From positions 7,006,001 through 7,070,000 of the forward strand of contig NC_043018.1 of the NCBI RefSeq assembly GCF_006345805.1: DNA of 64,000 nucleotides. Reading direction: 5' to 3'. The DNA is from Octopus sinensis. Lineage: Eukaryota. Of this stretch, positions 1-13,290 are shown one piece after another. A program made the position numbers and the translations under genes. Each line of letters begins with the position of its first letter. Positions within the stretch are counted from its first letter, which is position 1. Under the pieces are notes generated by a model. The model saw only the letters and a program-made list of their open reading frames with translations. It did not search any database and had not been told where the DNA came from.

Positions 1-369
1 ACTGGACAATCAATTTAGATGTGTATTATGATGACCAACTGGACAAATTAATTGCAGCAATCCACCAGATATGCCCTGCACTTGTTTATCATAACAGCAT
101 TGTCTTACATTATGAAGGCATTATCTCTTCAAAATTCTTTGAATAGACCGACCTTCATCTCTGACGAGGACATAGAAATTCACCTGGAAGAGTTCTTCAC
201 CAGTGAAGACAGGAAATTCTTTGAGCAGAGCATAATGGATATGCCTGCAAGATGGCAGAAGATACTGGAATGAAACGGCAATTACATCATTGATAGAATA
301 AATAGCTTTGTGTTTAAAACTTGTCTTATTTTCCCTTACAAATGCCAACAAACTTTGTGGCCAACCCAA
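1..369 (+). mobile_element. Decayed mariner transposon, 3' end (transposase C-terminus plus right TIR)
   Basis: ORF 52..273 reads SLQNSLNRPTFISDEDIEIHLEEFFTSEDRKFFEQSIMDMPARWQKILE*NGNYIID, the typical mariner C-terminus; aactttgtggccaacccaa (~351-369) resembles the reverse complement of mariner TIRs. Confidence 0.8.
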
Positions 370-574
370 AGAGAGAAAGAAAAATGTGTGAATACAAATA
401 AATGAGAAATAAGTGGAGGGAGAGAGAAAAATGAGAAAATGCAGCCACACATGCATACACACACATACTCACACGCATATATGCACTTACAGGGATACAC
501 ATGTGCAGACAATCACACATACTCACACACAAACAGTGATACACATGCACTCATGCATTACACATATACATATA

Positions 575-979
575 TATTTCTTTATTACCCACAAGGGGCT
601 AAACACAGAGGGGACAAACAAGGACAGGCAAAGGGATTAAGTCGATTACGTCGACTCCAGTGCGTAACTGGTACTTAATTTATCGACCCCGAAAGGATGA
701 AAGGCAAAGTCGACCTCGGCGGAATTTGAACTCAGAATGTAATGGCAGACGAAATACTTATTTCTTTACTACCCACAAGAGGCTACACACAGAAAGGACA
801 AACAAGGACAGACAAATGGATTAAGTCGATTACATCGACCCCAGTGCATAACTGGTACTTAATTTATCGACCTCGAAAGGATGAAAGGCAAAGTCGACCT
901 CGGCGGAATTTGAACTCACAACGTAACGACGGATGAAATACTGCAAGGCATTTCGCCCGGTGTACTAACGTTTCTCCCA
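575..979 (-). mobile_element. SINE family A, dimer of the 184-bp unit
   Basis: Units start at 575 and 759; B-box-like GAGTTCAAATTCC on minus; matches the other family A copies in the window. Confidence 0.85.
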
Positions 980-1370
980 GATACACACACAAACACCCAT
1001 ATACGATGTGTACATGTTTGTATGTGTGTGCATGGAGAAAAGCGTGAAGATATATTTCATATTTCTCTGTGTGTGTGTTAGTTTGTGTGCAAGTATGTTC
1101 GTGGATGTAAGTGTATGTGTATGTGTGTGCATAAGTGTATGTGTATATAAGCAAGTAAGAATGTGTAAATGTTTGTGTGTGTGTGTGTTTTAGATAGTTT
1201 GTGTAATAGCATGTTCCTAAGTGTATGTCTGTATAAGTGTGCCCATGTTTGTGTTTTTGTTGCTTGTGTGTGTGTTAGGTTGTGTATGGACGTTTGTGTA
1301 TGCGTGTATGTATGATTACATGTTTGCGCATGTGTATGTGCTGACATTTGTATGTCCTTCTGTGTGTGTG

Positions 1371-1405
<35 letters not shown>

Positions 1406-1780
1406 CTTCACATGTGTCCTTGTGTGTGTATGTGTGAGTTCCTGCACATGTGTCTCTGTAAGTGCATTTGTTTGTGTGTGCATATGTGTATGTGTGTGCC
1501 TGCATTTGTATGTCCCGATAAGTGCATGTGTGTGTGTACATGCGTGTGTGTGTATGTGTGTGAATGCGTACAATACAAGTGATACCACACACTTCATTAA
1601 TTATCTGAAATGAAATCCTGATGGACTTGGAGGGAATTTGATACTGAAACATACAAACACATGCACTACCATACATACACACACACATTGACAACCACAC
1701 ACACACACATGCACTCCCATACATACACACACACACAAACAGACAACCAACTACACAGACATATGTACATACACACATGA
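980..1780. repeat. (TG)n/(CA)n compound microsatellite
   Basis: Direct inspection; source of Cys/Val and His/Thr ORFs. Confidence 0.9.
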
Positions 1781-1864
1781 ATCTCGGTGCTAGAGTTTCA
1801 AACCAGCTTACAAAAAGAGGATCTTGCCTTTTAATGGAGCAGGATGGACAGACAGACAGACAGA

Positions 1865-2330
1865 CCGAGAGAGGAGGAGGAGAATGAAGAAGAAGAAGAA
1901 GAAGAAAGATGAAGAAGGAGGAGGAGGAGGTGAATGAAGAAGAATGAAGATGATGAAGAAGAATGGTGAAGAAGAAGAATGAAGATGAAGAAGAATGAAG
2001 ATGAAGAAGAAGAAGAAGAATGATGAAGAAGAATGGTGAAGAAGAAGAAGAATGATGATGAAGAAGAATTATGAAGATGAAGAAGGATGATGATGAAGAA
2101 GATGAAGAATTATGATGAAGAATGATGAAGAAGAATGAAGGATGAAGATGAAGAAGAATGATAAAGAATTGTGAAGATGAAGAAGAAGAATGAAAATGAA
2201 GATGAAGAATGAAGATTTATTTTGAAAGGAAGAAAGAACAAGCGTGATAAAGGCAGAGACACAGACAGACAGACAGACAGATGGAGTTAGTGAGAGGATG
2301 GTGATGAAGAGGATGAGGAAGAATAAGATA
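1865..2330. repeat. (GAA)n/(TGA)n purine-rich low complexity
   Basis: Direct inspection. Confidence 0.9.
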
Positions 2331-2799
2331 ATAAAAAACTGCAAAGTCAACAGGAAATGTGTGACCATCTCCCTCCACCTTGCTCCATCATAATCACCAG
2401 ACTGGTCAGTCATATCATGACTTTTACCGAGATTGTTATTGTAAAGAGTAAATGGAAGGACACACAGACATACGCACATATATATACAGACATATATACT
2501 CTGACAAACAAGCACACACACACACAAATACACACACACACATAAATACAAATAAGTACACAAATGCACACACACACACAAACATACACACACACACACA
2601 TACATAAACATACAAATCAGTACACACTCACACATGCATAAATACACACACACACACACACATACATAAACACACAAATAAGTACACCCACACACACACA
2701 CATGCATAAACACACAAATACACACACACACACATCCACACACATAAATACAAATAAGTACACACACACAGAGGAAACACACATACACACATGAACACA

Positions 2800-2873
2800 A
2801 GCATAAACACAAACAGAACCATTTTCTAAGAACGGGAGATATCGTATGACACCAACCATTATTGTCTAAGATA

Positions 2874-2938
<65 letters not shown>

Positions 2939-3184
2939 TCTCTCTCACACTCTCTCTCAGACAATTTTCTTCTTCAAATTTCCTTCACCAAAACACACAA
3001 CTACACAACTTTGTCACGAAGGCACTTCATCTGTTTGCAGTTGATGTATTTTCCACACAATACAGCAATATACCATGTGAATATCAACACATATTATGTT
3101 GATAAAGATATATAATATAGATATATAGATTACATTTGCTCATAAATTAATGAGAGCAGAGCCACAAATTTGTAGCAAAAGGAG

Positions 3185-3217
<33 letters not shown>

Positions 3218-4365
3218 GAGGCGCAATGGCCCATTGGTTAGGGCAGCGGACGCGCGGTTGTAGGATCGCAGTTTTGATTCTCAGACCGGGCGTTATGAAT
3301 GTTTATTAAGCGAAAACACCTAAAGCTCCACGAAGCTCCAGCAGGGGGTGGTGGAGATCTCTGCTGTAATCTTTCACCACAACTTTCTTTCACTCTTTCT
3401 TCTGTTGGCCTGCTCGCTTAGCCAGCGGGATGGCGTCATTTGAAGGCTAACACAATGCGAAGCGCATTGTGACCAGCGATGTATAGCAACATCTGATAGC
3501 CTGGTCGATCATGTGATCACATGATACATATACACACACATATGTATATCATTTAATGTACAAGGTATTTAAATAAGAGTTACTAATAGTTTCTTGCTGT
3601 GAAGACGTGTGTGTGTGTGTGTGTGTTTTGCTCAAGGACAAAATACATCACCCAGTACAAGAATCGAAACCACGATATTAGGATCATGAGTCCAACACTC
3701 TAACCACTAAGCTACACGCCTGCACTAGGAAGCTAGTGAGCACACACTGTTGGACTGGTCAGTCATATCAATTGGTCTCTTTTGCGAAAGTGTTAATTGT
3801 GGGGACACAATCAGACCAACACTGGTCATCAGGTGGTGGCGACAAACACAAAAGCACACACACATACACATATACACAAACACACACACGCGCACATACA
3901 CACATGCATATATACACACACGCACATACACACATGCATATATACACACACATGCACATACACACACACGCACACACATACGCACAATGCAGACACACAC
4001 ACATGCCCGCATACATACACACACATACGCTATTGGACTAGTCATATCAAAACTTTGGCTGTATGTGAGTAAATAGAAGCATACAAACACATACAGAACA
4101 TAAAAGACACACATTTACACACACACACACAAATGTAAATACAAATAGAACCATTTTTGAAGAACTGAAGCATCATATGGCACCAACCATTATTGTCTTA
4201 GATAACCTCTCTCTCAGACAATTTTCTTCATCAAATTTCCTTCACCAAAATACACAACCAGAGAATGTTGTCACAAGGATATTTTGTACAGCTTCATTTG
4301 ATATATTTCCAACATATTACAGAGATATACTACATGGATATCAACACATATAATATTGTAGAGAT
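2800..4365 (+). repeat. Old local direct duplication (about 2800-3130 vs 4140-4365)
   Basis: Shared agaaccattt...caccaaccattattgtct.agataacctctc...agacaattttctt..tcaaatttccttcaccaaaa blocks in both places. Confidence 0.75.
3215..3525 (+). mobile_element. SINE family C (tRNA-like head ggaggcgcaatggccc..tggttaggg), near full length
   Basis: A/B-box-like head; homologous to 20797-21107 and 35050-35392. Confidence 0.8.
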
Positions 4366-4368
4366 ATA

Positions 4369-5010
4369 AGGGTGGCGAGCTGGCAGAAACATTAGCACAC
4401 CAGGCGAAATGCTTAGCAGTATTTCATCTGCCGCTACGTTCTGAGTTCAAATTTCGCCGAGATCGACTTTACTTTTCATCCTTTTGGGGTTGATTAAATA
4501 AGTACCAGTTACGCACTGGGGTTGATGCAATTGACTTAATCCGTTTGTCTGTCTTTGTTTGTTTCTTCTGTGTTTAGCCCCTTGTGGGTAGTAAAAGATA
4601 TAGGTGTTTCCTTTGTCTTTACCTTCTGAGCTCAAATTTCGCCGAGGTCAATATTGCTTTTCATCTTTTTAGGGTCGACAGATTAAGTACCAGTTGTGTA
4701 CTGGGGTTGATCTAATTGACTGCCCCCCCTCCAAAATTTCAGGCCTTGTGCCTAGAGTAGAAAAGACTATTTCTGTATATAATGACAGCAAGCTGGCTGA
4801 AACGTTAGCACACCGGGCGAAATGCTTAGCAGTATTTCAGCTGTCTTTACATTCCGAGTTCAAATTCCGTCGAAGTCGACTTTGCTTTTCATCCTTTCGG
4901 GGTTGATAAATCAAGTACCAGTTGTGTACTGGGGTTGATCTAATTGACTGGCCACCTCCCCCAAAATTTTAGGCCTTGTGCCTAGTGCAGGCGTGCCCAG
5001 AGTAGAAAGG
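4369..5010 (+). mobile_element. SINE family A cluster, including an older-tail variant
   Basis: Head ggtggcgagctggcagaaac at 4371, second head near 4790, shared core ttttcatcctttcggggttgata. Confidence 0.8.
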
Positions 5011-5029
5011 AATATTGTAGAGAGATATA

Positions 5030-5570
5030 AGGTGAAGGCATGCTGCCTGGTGGTTAGAATATTGCACTTACGATTGCTAGACTATGGGTTCGATTCCCAG
5101 ACCAGGCAATGCATTGTGTTCTTGAGCAAAACTCTTCATTTCACGTTGCTCCAGTCCACACGGCTGGCAAAAATGAGTAATCCTGTGATGGACTGGTGTC
5201 CTGTCCAGGCTGGGAATATATGTGCATCATGGACATCCCGGAAGCTGGTTTCCCGGTTTCCATGGCTTATATATTCCCCACCTGGATGAGACAGGGGTCC
5301 ATCAGATGATTACTCATTTTCGCCAGCTGAGTGGACTGGAGCAACGTGAAATGAAGTGTTTTGCTCAAGAACACAATGCGTCGCCCGGTCCAGGAATCGA
5401 AACCACGATCTTACAATCATGAGTCCAATACCCTAACCATGAAGCCATGCACCAGGAACAATGTGAAATGAAGTGTTTTGCTCAATAACACAATGTGTCA
5501 CCCAGTCCAGAAATCGAAACCACGATATTAGGATCATGAGTGCAACACCCTGTCCATTAAACCACATATC
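5030..5570. mobile_element. SINE family E fragments in both orientations
   Basis: Motif tgtgttcttgagcaaaac..ttcatttcacgttgctccagtccac on + (5100-5170) and its reverse complement twice (5310-5570). Confidence 0.75.
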
Positions 5571-5914
5571 TCACTTCATTCTTGGTAGTAGATTGTTTGC
5601 CAACATAACATGGCAGTCCTGGTTTAGGACTAATGTTGCTGTAATTTAGCCCCAGGAGACATCATCTCCAGCTGGTTATATGACATGATCTGTGTCCTTA
5701 TATTTTCTCACGTTGTGAGGTTTAAAATTAGTAATTTTCTAATCTCATTCTTGGTCTAAAAGCCTAGGTCTCTAAAGTAACATTATTCAAAAGGGTCCAT
5801 AGATCAGAGTTCAGGAAGTCTTTCCAGGTCAACTGCTCTGGTACTGGAGACACATGTTTAGAATGGTGCAGGAAATGATCATAAGACAGGTTCTTCTTGG
5901 AGTTTCACCCACAT

Positions 5915-6660
5915 GATTGGTACTCCATCGGTTATAACAATGACGATTCCAGTTGATCTGATCAACAGAACAGCCTGCTCACAAAAGTAACATACAAGTG
6001 GCTAAGCACTCCACAGACACACATACCTATTTCTTTACTACCCACAAGGGACTAAACACAGAGGGGACAAACAAGGACAGACAAAGAGATTAAGTTGATT
6101 ACATCGACCCCAGTGCATAACTGGTACTTATTTAATCGACCCCGAAAGGATGAAAGGCAAAGTCGACCTCGGCGGAATTTGAACTCAGAACGTAGCGGCA
6201 GACGAAATACCTATTTCTTTACTATCCACAAGGGGCTAAACACAGAGAGGACAAACAAGGACAGACAAACAGATTAAGTCGATTATATCGACCTCAGTGT
6301 GTAACTGGTACTTATTTAATCGACCTCCAAAGGATGAAAGGCAAAGTCTACCTTGGGGGAATTTGAACTCAGAACGAAATACTGCTAAGCATTTCGCCCG
6401 GCGTGCTAACATTTCTGCCAGCTCGCAGCCCTTGACACACATACCCTTAATGTAGTTCTCAGGAAGATTCAGCATAAAACAGAATGTGACAAGACTGGCC
6501 TTTTGAATTACAGGTAGTGCTTATTTTCGCCAGGTGAGTGGACTGAAGCAATGTGAAATAAAGTGTCTCGCTCAAGGATACAGTGTGCTGCCAGGAATTG
6601 AACTCACGACCTTATGATCATGGGCTGAATATCCTGACCACTAAACCACGTGCTTTCACC
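5915..6660 (-). mobile_element. SINE family E copy interrupted by a family A insertion
   Basis: Halves 5915-6027 and 6434-6660 join into the sequence seen uninterrupted at 57490-57805. Confidence 0.75.
6028..6433 (-). mobile_element. SINE family A dimer with 12-bp TSD
   Basis: gacacacatacc at 6016-6027 and 6434-6445 flanks head plus two units. Confidence 0.85.
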
Positions 6661-6829
6661 CACATATTAATTTCCAGAAAATAGCTTCAGTCTGCCTTTA
6701 ATGGCCTCATTGCCATTTTCATTGTTTCAGTAGAACTTTAAATAAGTTTAATGATAATAAAATGATTTTAATAACCTTTGTTGCTCTGTTAATATTCTCA
6801 ATGCAACTCTAAAAACAACATAGCAATTT

Positions 6830-7050
6830 TAATGGTTCTCGGTGCAGCATCAATCGACTCAATGATACATCAATTGCATCGGTGCATCTTCAATTGTCCT
6901 GGTTCAACTCTAATTGCTCCGGTGCAGTTTTAATGGCCTTGGTGCAAATTCTGTAATATTATGTACAACTCTAATTGTTTTGCTGCAACTTCAATTGTCT
7001 CAGTTCACCTATAATTACCTTGGTACATCTTTAAACTGCATCTGTTTGAC
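6830..7050. repeat. Degenerate 20-bp minisatellite (YAATTGYYYYGGTGCAACTY)
   Basis: AATTG-like motifs recur at 6871, 6891, 6911, 6931 and 6972, 6992, 7012. Confidence 0.65.
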
Positions 7051-7169
7051 TTATTGCAGCTGTTTGTTCTCTGCCAATTACCATTCCTTAATTGTATATG
7101 TTTGAATAAATAGAAATGAATGTTTTCGTATAAATGTTCAAACATCTTATTCAAATATATTTTACATGC

Positions 7170-7217
<48 letters not shown>

Positions 7218-7297
7218 CTGTACATATATATATTTGTATGTGTATACATATATATGTATGTTTATATATCTTTGTGAGAGTGTATGTATGTATGTAC

Positions 7298-7336
<39 letters not shown>

Positions 7337-8104
7337 TGTAAATATATATATGTGCATGCATATGTATGCTTGTAACGTAAATATAATGTGGTTATATGCA
7401 ATTAAAGGTACTTGTTACAGTAATGGATAAAAGATATTTACATATATTATCCATCCATCCATCTACCTATCTATCCATCAATCTGCTTTTATCAATCAAT
7501 CAACCTAGTTTATGTACCATCTATCAAGCCTACTTGCTTACCTAACACCCTACCTAATATCTAGTCATCCAAGCATCCATCCATCCATCCATCCACCTTT
7601 TCGTTAATCCATTCATCAATCAATCCATTCATCCATCCATCTACTCTTCCATCCACCCTTCGACCCATCCACCCTTCGACTCATCCACCCTTCAACCCTT
7701 CCACCCATCCACCCTTCCACCCTTCCATTTATTCATCCTGCCATATCACCCGTTTAGAAATTTCAAGAACTATGTTATGTAATGCCTTTCTATTGGTTAA
7801 GGTGGTTGATATGCTATTTGAGGGTTATTTGGCTGCTTTTTCTATCAGGTCAAGATCACATAGAGGCAGTAGAGAGGAACGGTAAGAAAAAGAGAAAGAT
7901 TGATGGATTAAAGAGAGGAGATGGTGAGAGATGGTGCATGGTAAAGAAAAAAAGGAATAGTCAGAGGGAGAGAATAGATGGAGTTGGAGTGATAGAGAGC
8001 AGGGGAGATGGTAATGTGTAGATGAAGATAGAGTGGATATTAGAAAGACAGTGGAATGATGGTAGGGAGAGAAAGGAAATGGAAAGAAACGTTGGGATAT
8101 GGAG

Positions 8105-8265
8105 AGAAAAAGACAGTGGATTATATAGAGAGGAAGGCATGGTGTTAAGTAGAGAGAAAGAGATAGTGGGATGTATAGAGAGGAAGGCATGGTTTTAAGT
8201 AGAGAGAAAGGGATAGTGGGATGTATAGAGAGGAAGGCATGGTGTTAAGTAGAAAGAGATGGTGG
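8105..8265 (+). repeat. 50-bp tandem repeat, about 3 copies
   Basis: ggcatggtgttaagtagagagaaagagatagtgggatgtatagagaggaa repeated. Confidence 0.8.
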
Positions 8266-8742
8266 GATGTATTGAGAGGATGGTTATGTTGTAAGGAGAT
8301 AGTGTAAGAACTGAGAGAAGGGGTATAGGAGAAAGGGTAAAGAGATGGGAAAGAGAAAGAAGGAAAATAAACTTGTAGTGAGATAAGAAAGAAAAAGAGT
8401 ATCAGTGAAATCCTTCCCTAATATACTCAGAAGAGGAGGGAGTACGATATTTACAAGTGTGTATGTGAGAGAGAGAGGGAGATAGAGAAGAAAGAAAATA
8501 GAAAGGAAAGAGACAGACAGAAAAGGGAGAGAAAGGGGAAAAGAAAGAGAAGAGATAGAAAAAGAATGAAAAGAGAAAGAACAATTTGATGAGGAGGGAA
8601 AGTGAGGGAGAGAGAAAGTAGAAGAGGAGGGAGATTAAAGTCAGAAACTCCGAATGAACAGAGCAGCTTGATCAGTAGTGGTGGCCATCTCTGTGAAGTA
8701 GTGGAAAGGATTTTTTTTTTTTTTACTTTTTAATGAACTTAC

Positions 8743-8799
8743 TCAGCACCAGTCATGCAATTCAGGAGTTTATCGTTGATTGCTTTCAAATCAGAGCAA
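8743..8799 (-). other. Candidate 57-nt internal coding exon of an unknown gene
   Basis: Minus strand ccacctccttgccag|t tgc tct gat ttg ... ggt gct ga|gtaagt; open frame xCSDLKAINDKLLNCMTGA; no homology recognised. Confidence 0.2.
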
Positions 8800-9979
8800 C
8801 TGGCAAGGAGGTGGTAATCGTGCTAATAGCGATAGCAGTACCTGGGCGGTAGAGGTGGTGATGGTGATGGTGGATGTGGTAGTGGGTAGTATGGATATTA
8901 ATAACAAGGAAACACCATGTACCCCATATCCTCTGTTTTGGCTTCTTGAAAGAATCTTTTCATGAACAAATTAATGCTTCTTCTTCTTTTTCACCAACTG
9001 CAGAACCACTAGAACTGCACCACCACCACCATCCATCCATCCGTCCGTCCGTCCCACTCCCCCCAGCCACAAGGCTTTCAGGACCTTCTCCACCTAAACA
9101 TGTAACTAGGCAGAAACTAAATGAATGGAAAAACAGTGTTAGTAGTTAGGTGGGTGGGGTAGAGGGTGAGTGGATGAGTTTATTAATATAGGAGGGAGAA
9201 AGAGAGAGAAGGAATGAGAGGGAGAGAGGAAACGAGAGAAAGAGAAGGTCTTGTAAAGTGAGTGTGAGTGGAAGAGAGAAGGGTTTATATGGTGAGATTA
9301 AGATGTGAGAGAGGGGGAAAGAAAGACACAGGGAGAGAGGAAGGAGCTGGGACAGGTTGAGATGAAAAAATGAGAGAGAGATAGAAAGAGAGGGAGAGAG
9401 AACTAAAGAGAGATTTTAGATCTGAAAGAGAAAGATACTGGGGGGAAAAAGATGAGAGAGAGTGTTGTGTGTGAGAGAGAGGTGGTGGGTTAGAAGAGTT
9501 TATTAAGATGAGATAATGAGATAAGATGGGTTGGGATAAGGTGAAATGAGATGAGATAAAATGAAGAATGGAATTACAGGATGTAATAATATCTTGGTCA
9601 AGAATTTTCTTGAAGGTTTAAAAAACAAAGACAAAAACAAATAAAGGAATAATAATGGTTTCAAATTTTGGTGCAAGGCCAGCAATTTCGAAGGTGGGGC
9701 TTGTCAGTTACATTGACCCCTATGTTCAACTGGTCCTTATTTTATCGATCCTGAAAGGATGAAAAGTGAAGTTAACTTTGACACACCTGTAAATATATAA
9801 CTGGTACTCCTTCAGTTACAACAATTGTTCCAGTTGATCTGATCAACAGTACAGCCTCTTCATAAAATTAACATGCAAGTGGCTGAGTATTCCACAGACA
9901 CATGTGCTCTTACCATATTTTACAGGGAAATTCAGTATGACACAGAGTGTGACAAGGCTGGCCTTTGAAGTACTACTCA

Positions 9980-10338
9980 TGTCAAAATCAAAATCGATCA
10001 ACGTCAATGGAAATTGTAGCTGTGATACCAGTGCTGGTGGCACATAAGAGAACCATCCGAACATGGCCGTTGCCAGCGCCACCCCAACTGGCTTCCATGC
10101 CGGTGGCACGTAAAAAGCACCATCCAATCGTGGCCGTTGTCAGCCTTGCTAGCCTCGTCTGGCTCGTAAAAAGCACCCACTACACTCATGGAGTGGTTGG
10201 CGTTAGGAAGGGCATCCAGCTGTAGAAACATTGCTAGATCAGACTGGGCCTGGTGCAGCCTTCTGGCTTCCCAGACCTCAGTTGCACCGTCCAACCCATG
10301 CCAGCATGGAAAGTGGATGCTAAACGATGATGATGATG
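9980..10338 (+). mobile_element. Family D: 5'-truncated RTE LINE 3' UTR with (TGA)n tail
   Basis: ggcgttaggaagggcatccagctgtagaaac ... ccaacccatgccagcatggaaa..tgatgatga; the same UTR follows RTE ORF ends at 46905 and 46330. Confidence 0.75.
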
Positions 10339-10486
10339 AGTGAAATAAAGTATCTCCCTCAACGACACAGTGTGCTGCCAGGAATTGAACTCATGATCTT
10401 ACGATTATGAGCTGAATACCCTAATCACTAAGCTATGTGCCATCACACACACATACACACACTTGTATACAACAGGTGTTCACATA

Positions 10487-10994
10487 TGCATAAGATCTGA
10501 AGACCAGATATGCATAAGATCAGGTCATCAAATCTAAGTAGAGATTTCAAACTTAAAATCTTCAAAGCCAGTCGAACCAATTCTACTATATGGCTCAGAA
10601 ACCTGGACGTTATCAAAGAAGCTTGCGAGGCGGTTGGATGGAACTTACACTCGCCTCTTTATGAGAGCTCAAAATATCTCGTGGAAGCGTCATCCAACCA
10701 AAGTACAAATAAATATATGGGAAATTACCACCTGTATCATCTCTTGTGAAAGGTAGAAGAGTCCAGTTTGCTGGACATTGTTGTAGAGCTGAAAACGAGG
10801 TAATTTCTACTCTTCTCCTCTGGAAGTCATCTGTTCACGATACCAGAGAGCGCACACTCTCCTACCCTGATGTAATCTCCAGGGATACAGACATCCAGCA
10901 ACAGGACCTCCGTAATGCTATGATGGACCGTGAAGTCTGGCGTAACATAGTAAATTCCATTGTCTCGACCATGGTCGAACAATGATGATGATGA
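10487..10994 (+). mobile_element. 5'-truncated RTE-clade LINE (RT C-terminus, frameshifted) with 10-bp TSD
   Basis: Reconstructs VEPILLYGSETWTLSKKLARRLDGTYTRL...KGRRVQFAGHCCR...AMMDREVWR; (TGA)n tail; tgttcacata at 10477-10486 and 10995-11004. Confidence 0.85.
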
Positions 10995-11452
10995 TGTTCA
11001 CATAAAGCTGAAGATCAGCGACAAAGAAAATACCAATGCAGAACTATTGAGGAATCTATAGCTACTCTATCCAGATTACAAGTTCAGGCTTATACCTGTA
11101 ATTATTGGGGCCTTGGGATATGTAACCCACTGCCTAAATACCAATCTTGAGAAATTAGGCTTCTCAAAACCAGAAAGAAAAAGCTGATTCGAAGACTACA
11201 GATCCAATCTAGCACTGGAACTGTAAATATCTGTAAAACTTTCCAGAAGTTTGTCATTTAGGTATATATGAGCATATCTAGATATGCAAGTATATGCATG
11301 AGAATGCATACATAAAACAAAACATATATACATACATACATTTATACATACATACATACATACAAAAATACTGTGTTGTTGATGTGGAAATTCCAATGAA
11401 GGAGGCTTGGATCTAAGTTAGAAACCAGGTCTTCCTCTTTTGGCAAGAAATC
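10995..11452 (+). mobile_element. 3' end of an RLE-endonuclease LINE (R4/Dong-like) plus 3' UTR
   Basis: Reads HIKLKISDKENTNAELLRNL*LLYPDYKFRLIPVIIGALGYVTHCL...CKTFQKFVI*; IPVIIGALG is typical of R4-clade RLE C-termini. Confidence 0.7.
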
Positions 11453-11458
11453 GCTCTC

Positions 11459-11827
11459 TCTATATATATATAAACGGCAAAATGTCTGTGTGTGTGTGTG
11501 TCCTTTATACAAATCCACAATTTTTTAGTTAGAGGGCTCGCACTTTCTACGGTCATTCAAAACCGTCCAAGGGTGGTCGTGCACATCTTTACATTTCCCC
11601 AGTCACCCTGAAAAGCCATTACAAAATCAATAGAAGTGACTTTTTTGTGAATTTTCTATCTAAAACCCAATCAAAATGCCCGAAACTTGATACGCTAATT
11701 GAATGCCAGCTAGCTGTATGTGATTGGTCGGAGATTTGGACAGTACTCGCGTGTATGTGCGCACGCACGCAGCTGTATATGCATGCACTAGCACTATGAC
11801 CCGGCGTTGCCAGGTCATAGTGCAAGT
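11459..11827 (+). mobile_element. Non-autonomous Helitron/Helentron-like element
   Basis: 5' TCTATATATATATAAA; 3' hairpin gcactatgacc/ggtcatagtgc (11791-11823) followed by CAAGT (CTAGT-like). Confidence 0.55.
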
Positions 11828-12492
11828 CTTTAAATAAAACAAAATAATAACATACATACATACATGTGTGTGTGTGTGTGTATGTGCATATGGTATAACC
11901 AAACCATAATATTCTACAAACCATCACAATATATTGAAACAAAAGTGCTTCGATATGATGGGTAAACTTGCTAGAAATAGCAGCTAAATCTCCACCCCGA
12001 TCACATTATTTCAAAAATTTCTAAAAATGGACATATTAAATGGTAACTTCCTGGAGTGGATATGCACAAGGAAAAGACAGGTTAGTCATATCCGGAATGC
12101 CTTTGATCATATGTTTGCCGGATGAGGATCAAGGTTTACAAAGGATGAAATGCAAACAACAACAACAACAACTACTACTACTACAACTACCACTGCAACA
12201 ACAGCAACAACTCCAGGGTCACAGCCAGAGAGATATAAATAGACACTGCCTACTCGCTGTAGTAGGTACAATGAAAACGAGTGAGAGGGGGAGGAAAGAG
12301 AGCGTGAGGAGTAGTTTGAGGTGAAGAAAATATCAATAAACGAAGTGGGAGTTATCCCAGAGAGCAAAGCTGTTTTGAAACTGAATAAATAAATAAATAA
12401 ATGAAATCAAAGCCAGAAACATTGATTGATGCTGTGACAGCTTTTTAAAGATCCCGCTGTAACTTGTCTAACTCTACTTCTCCCCCCCTCCT

Positions 12493-12546
<54 letters not shown>

Positions 12547-12634
12547 CACATGTACATATACATACTCACCCATACATATGTTCATATATTTGTGCCTATT
12601 TTTTTTGTTGAATTTTCTGCTGCTTTTGAATAAA

Positions 12635-12713
<79 letters not shown>

Positions 12714-13068
12714 TGTGTATATATATATATTATATATATATGTTTGTGTATATATAATATATATATATGTTTGTGTATATATATATACACATGTGCATAT
12801 ACATACACACCCATACATATGTTCATATATTTGTGCCTATATATATATACACATGTACATATACATACACACCCATACATATGTTCATATATTTGTGCCT
12901 ATATATATATATATATGTGTGTGTGTATATATATATATATACATGCAGGGAGGAGAGAGAAATATAGGGGGGAGTTAAATTTATACAGACACATATGCAC
13001 AGGGTGAATATAAATTGTGTGTGACTGCATGTGTGTGCATAAATAAATATATATAGACATGCATTGAT

Positions 13069-13105
<37 letters not shown>

Positions 13106-13237
13106 CATTTATATACATATGTATATATGCATATATACGAATATATATATATAACTTATATATAATGTATCCCATTTTGTCTTTTAATATTTCTAGATTT
13201 CCATCAACTCTGTATCTATCTATCCATCTATCAATCA

Positions 13238-13290
<53 letters not shown>

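Noticed and set aside
3215-3290. tRNA-like heads of SINE families A, B, C and E as tRNA genes
   Set aside because: A/B boxes are present but no complete cloverleaf, and they are fused to SINE bodies.
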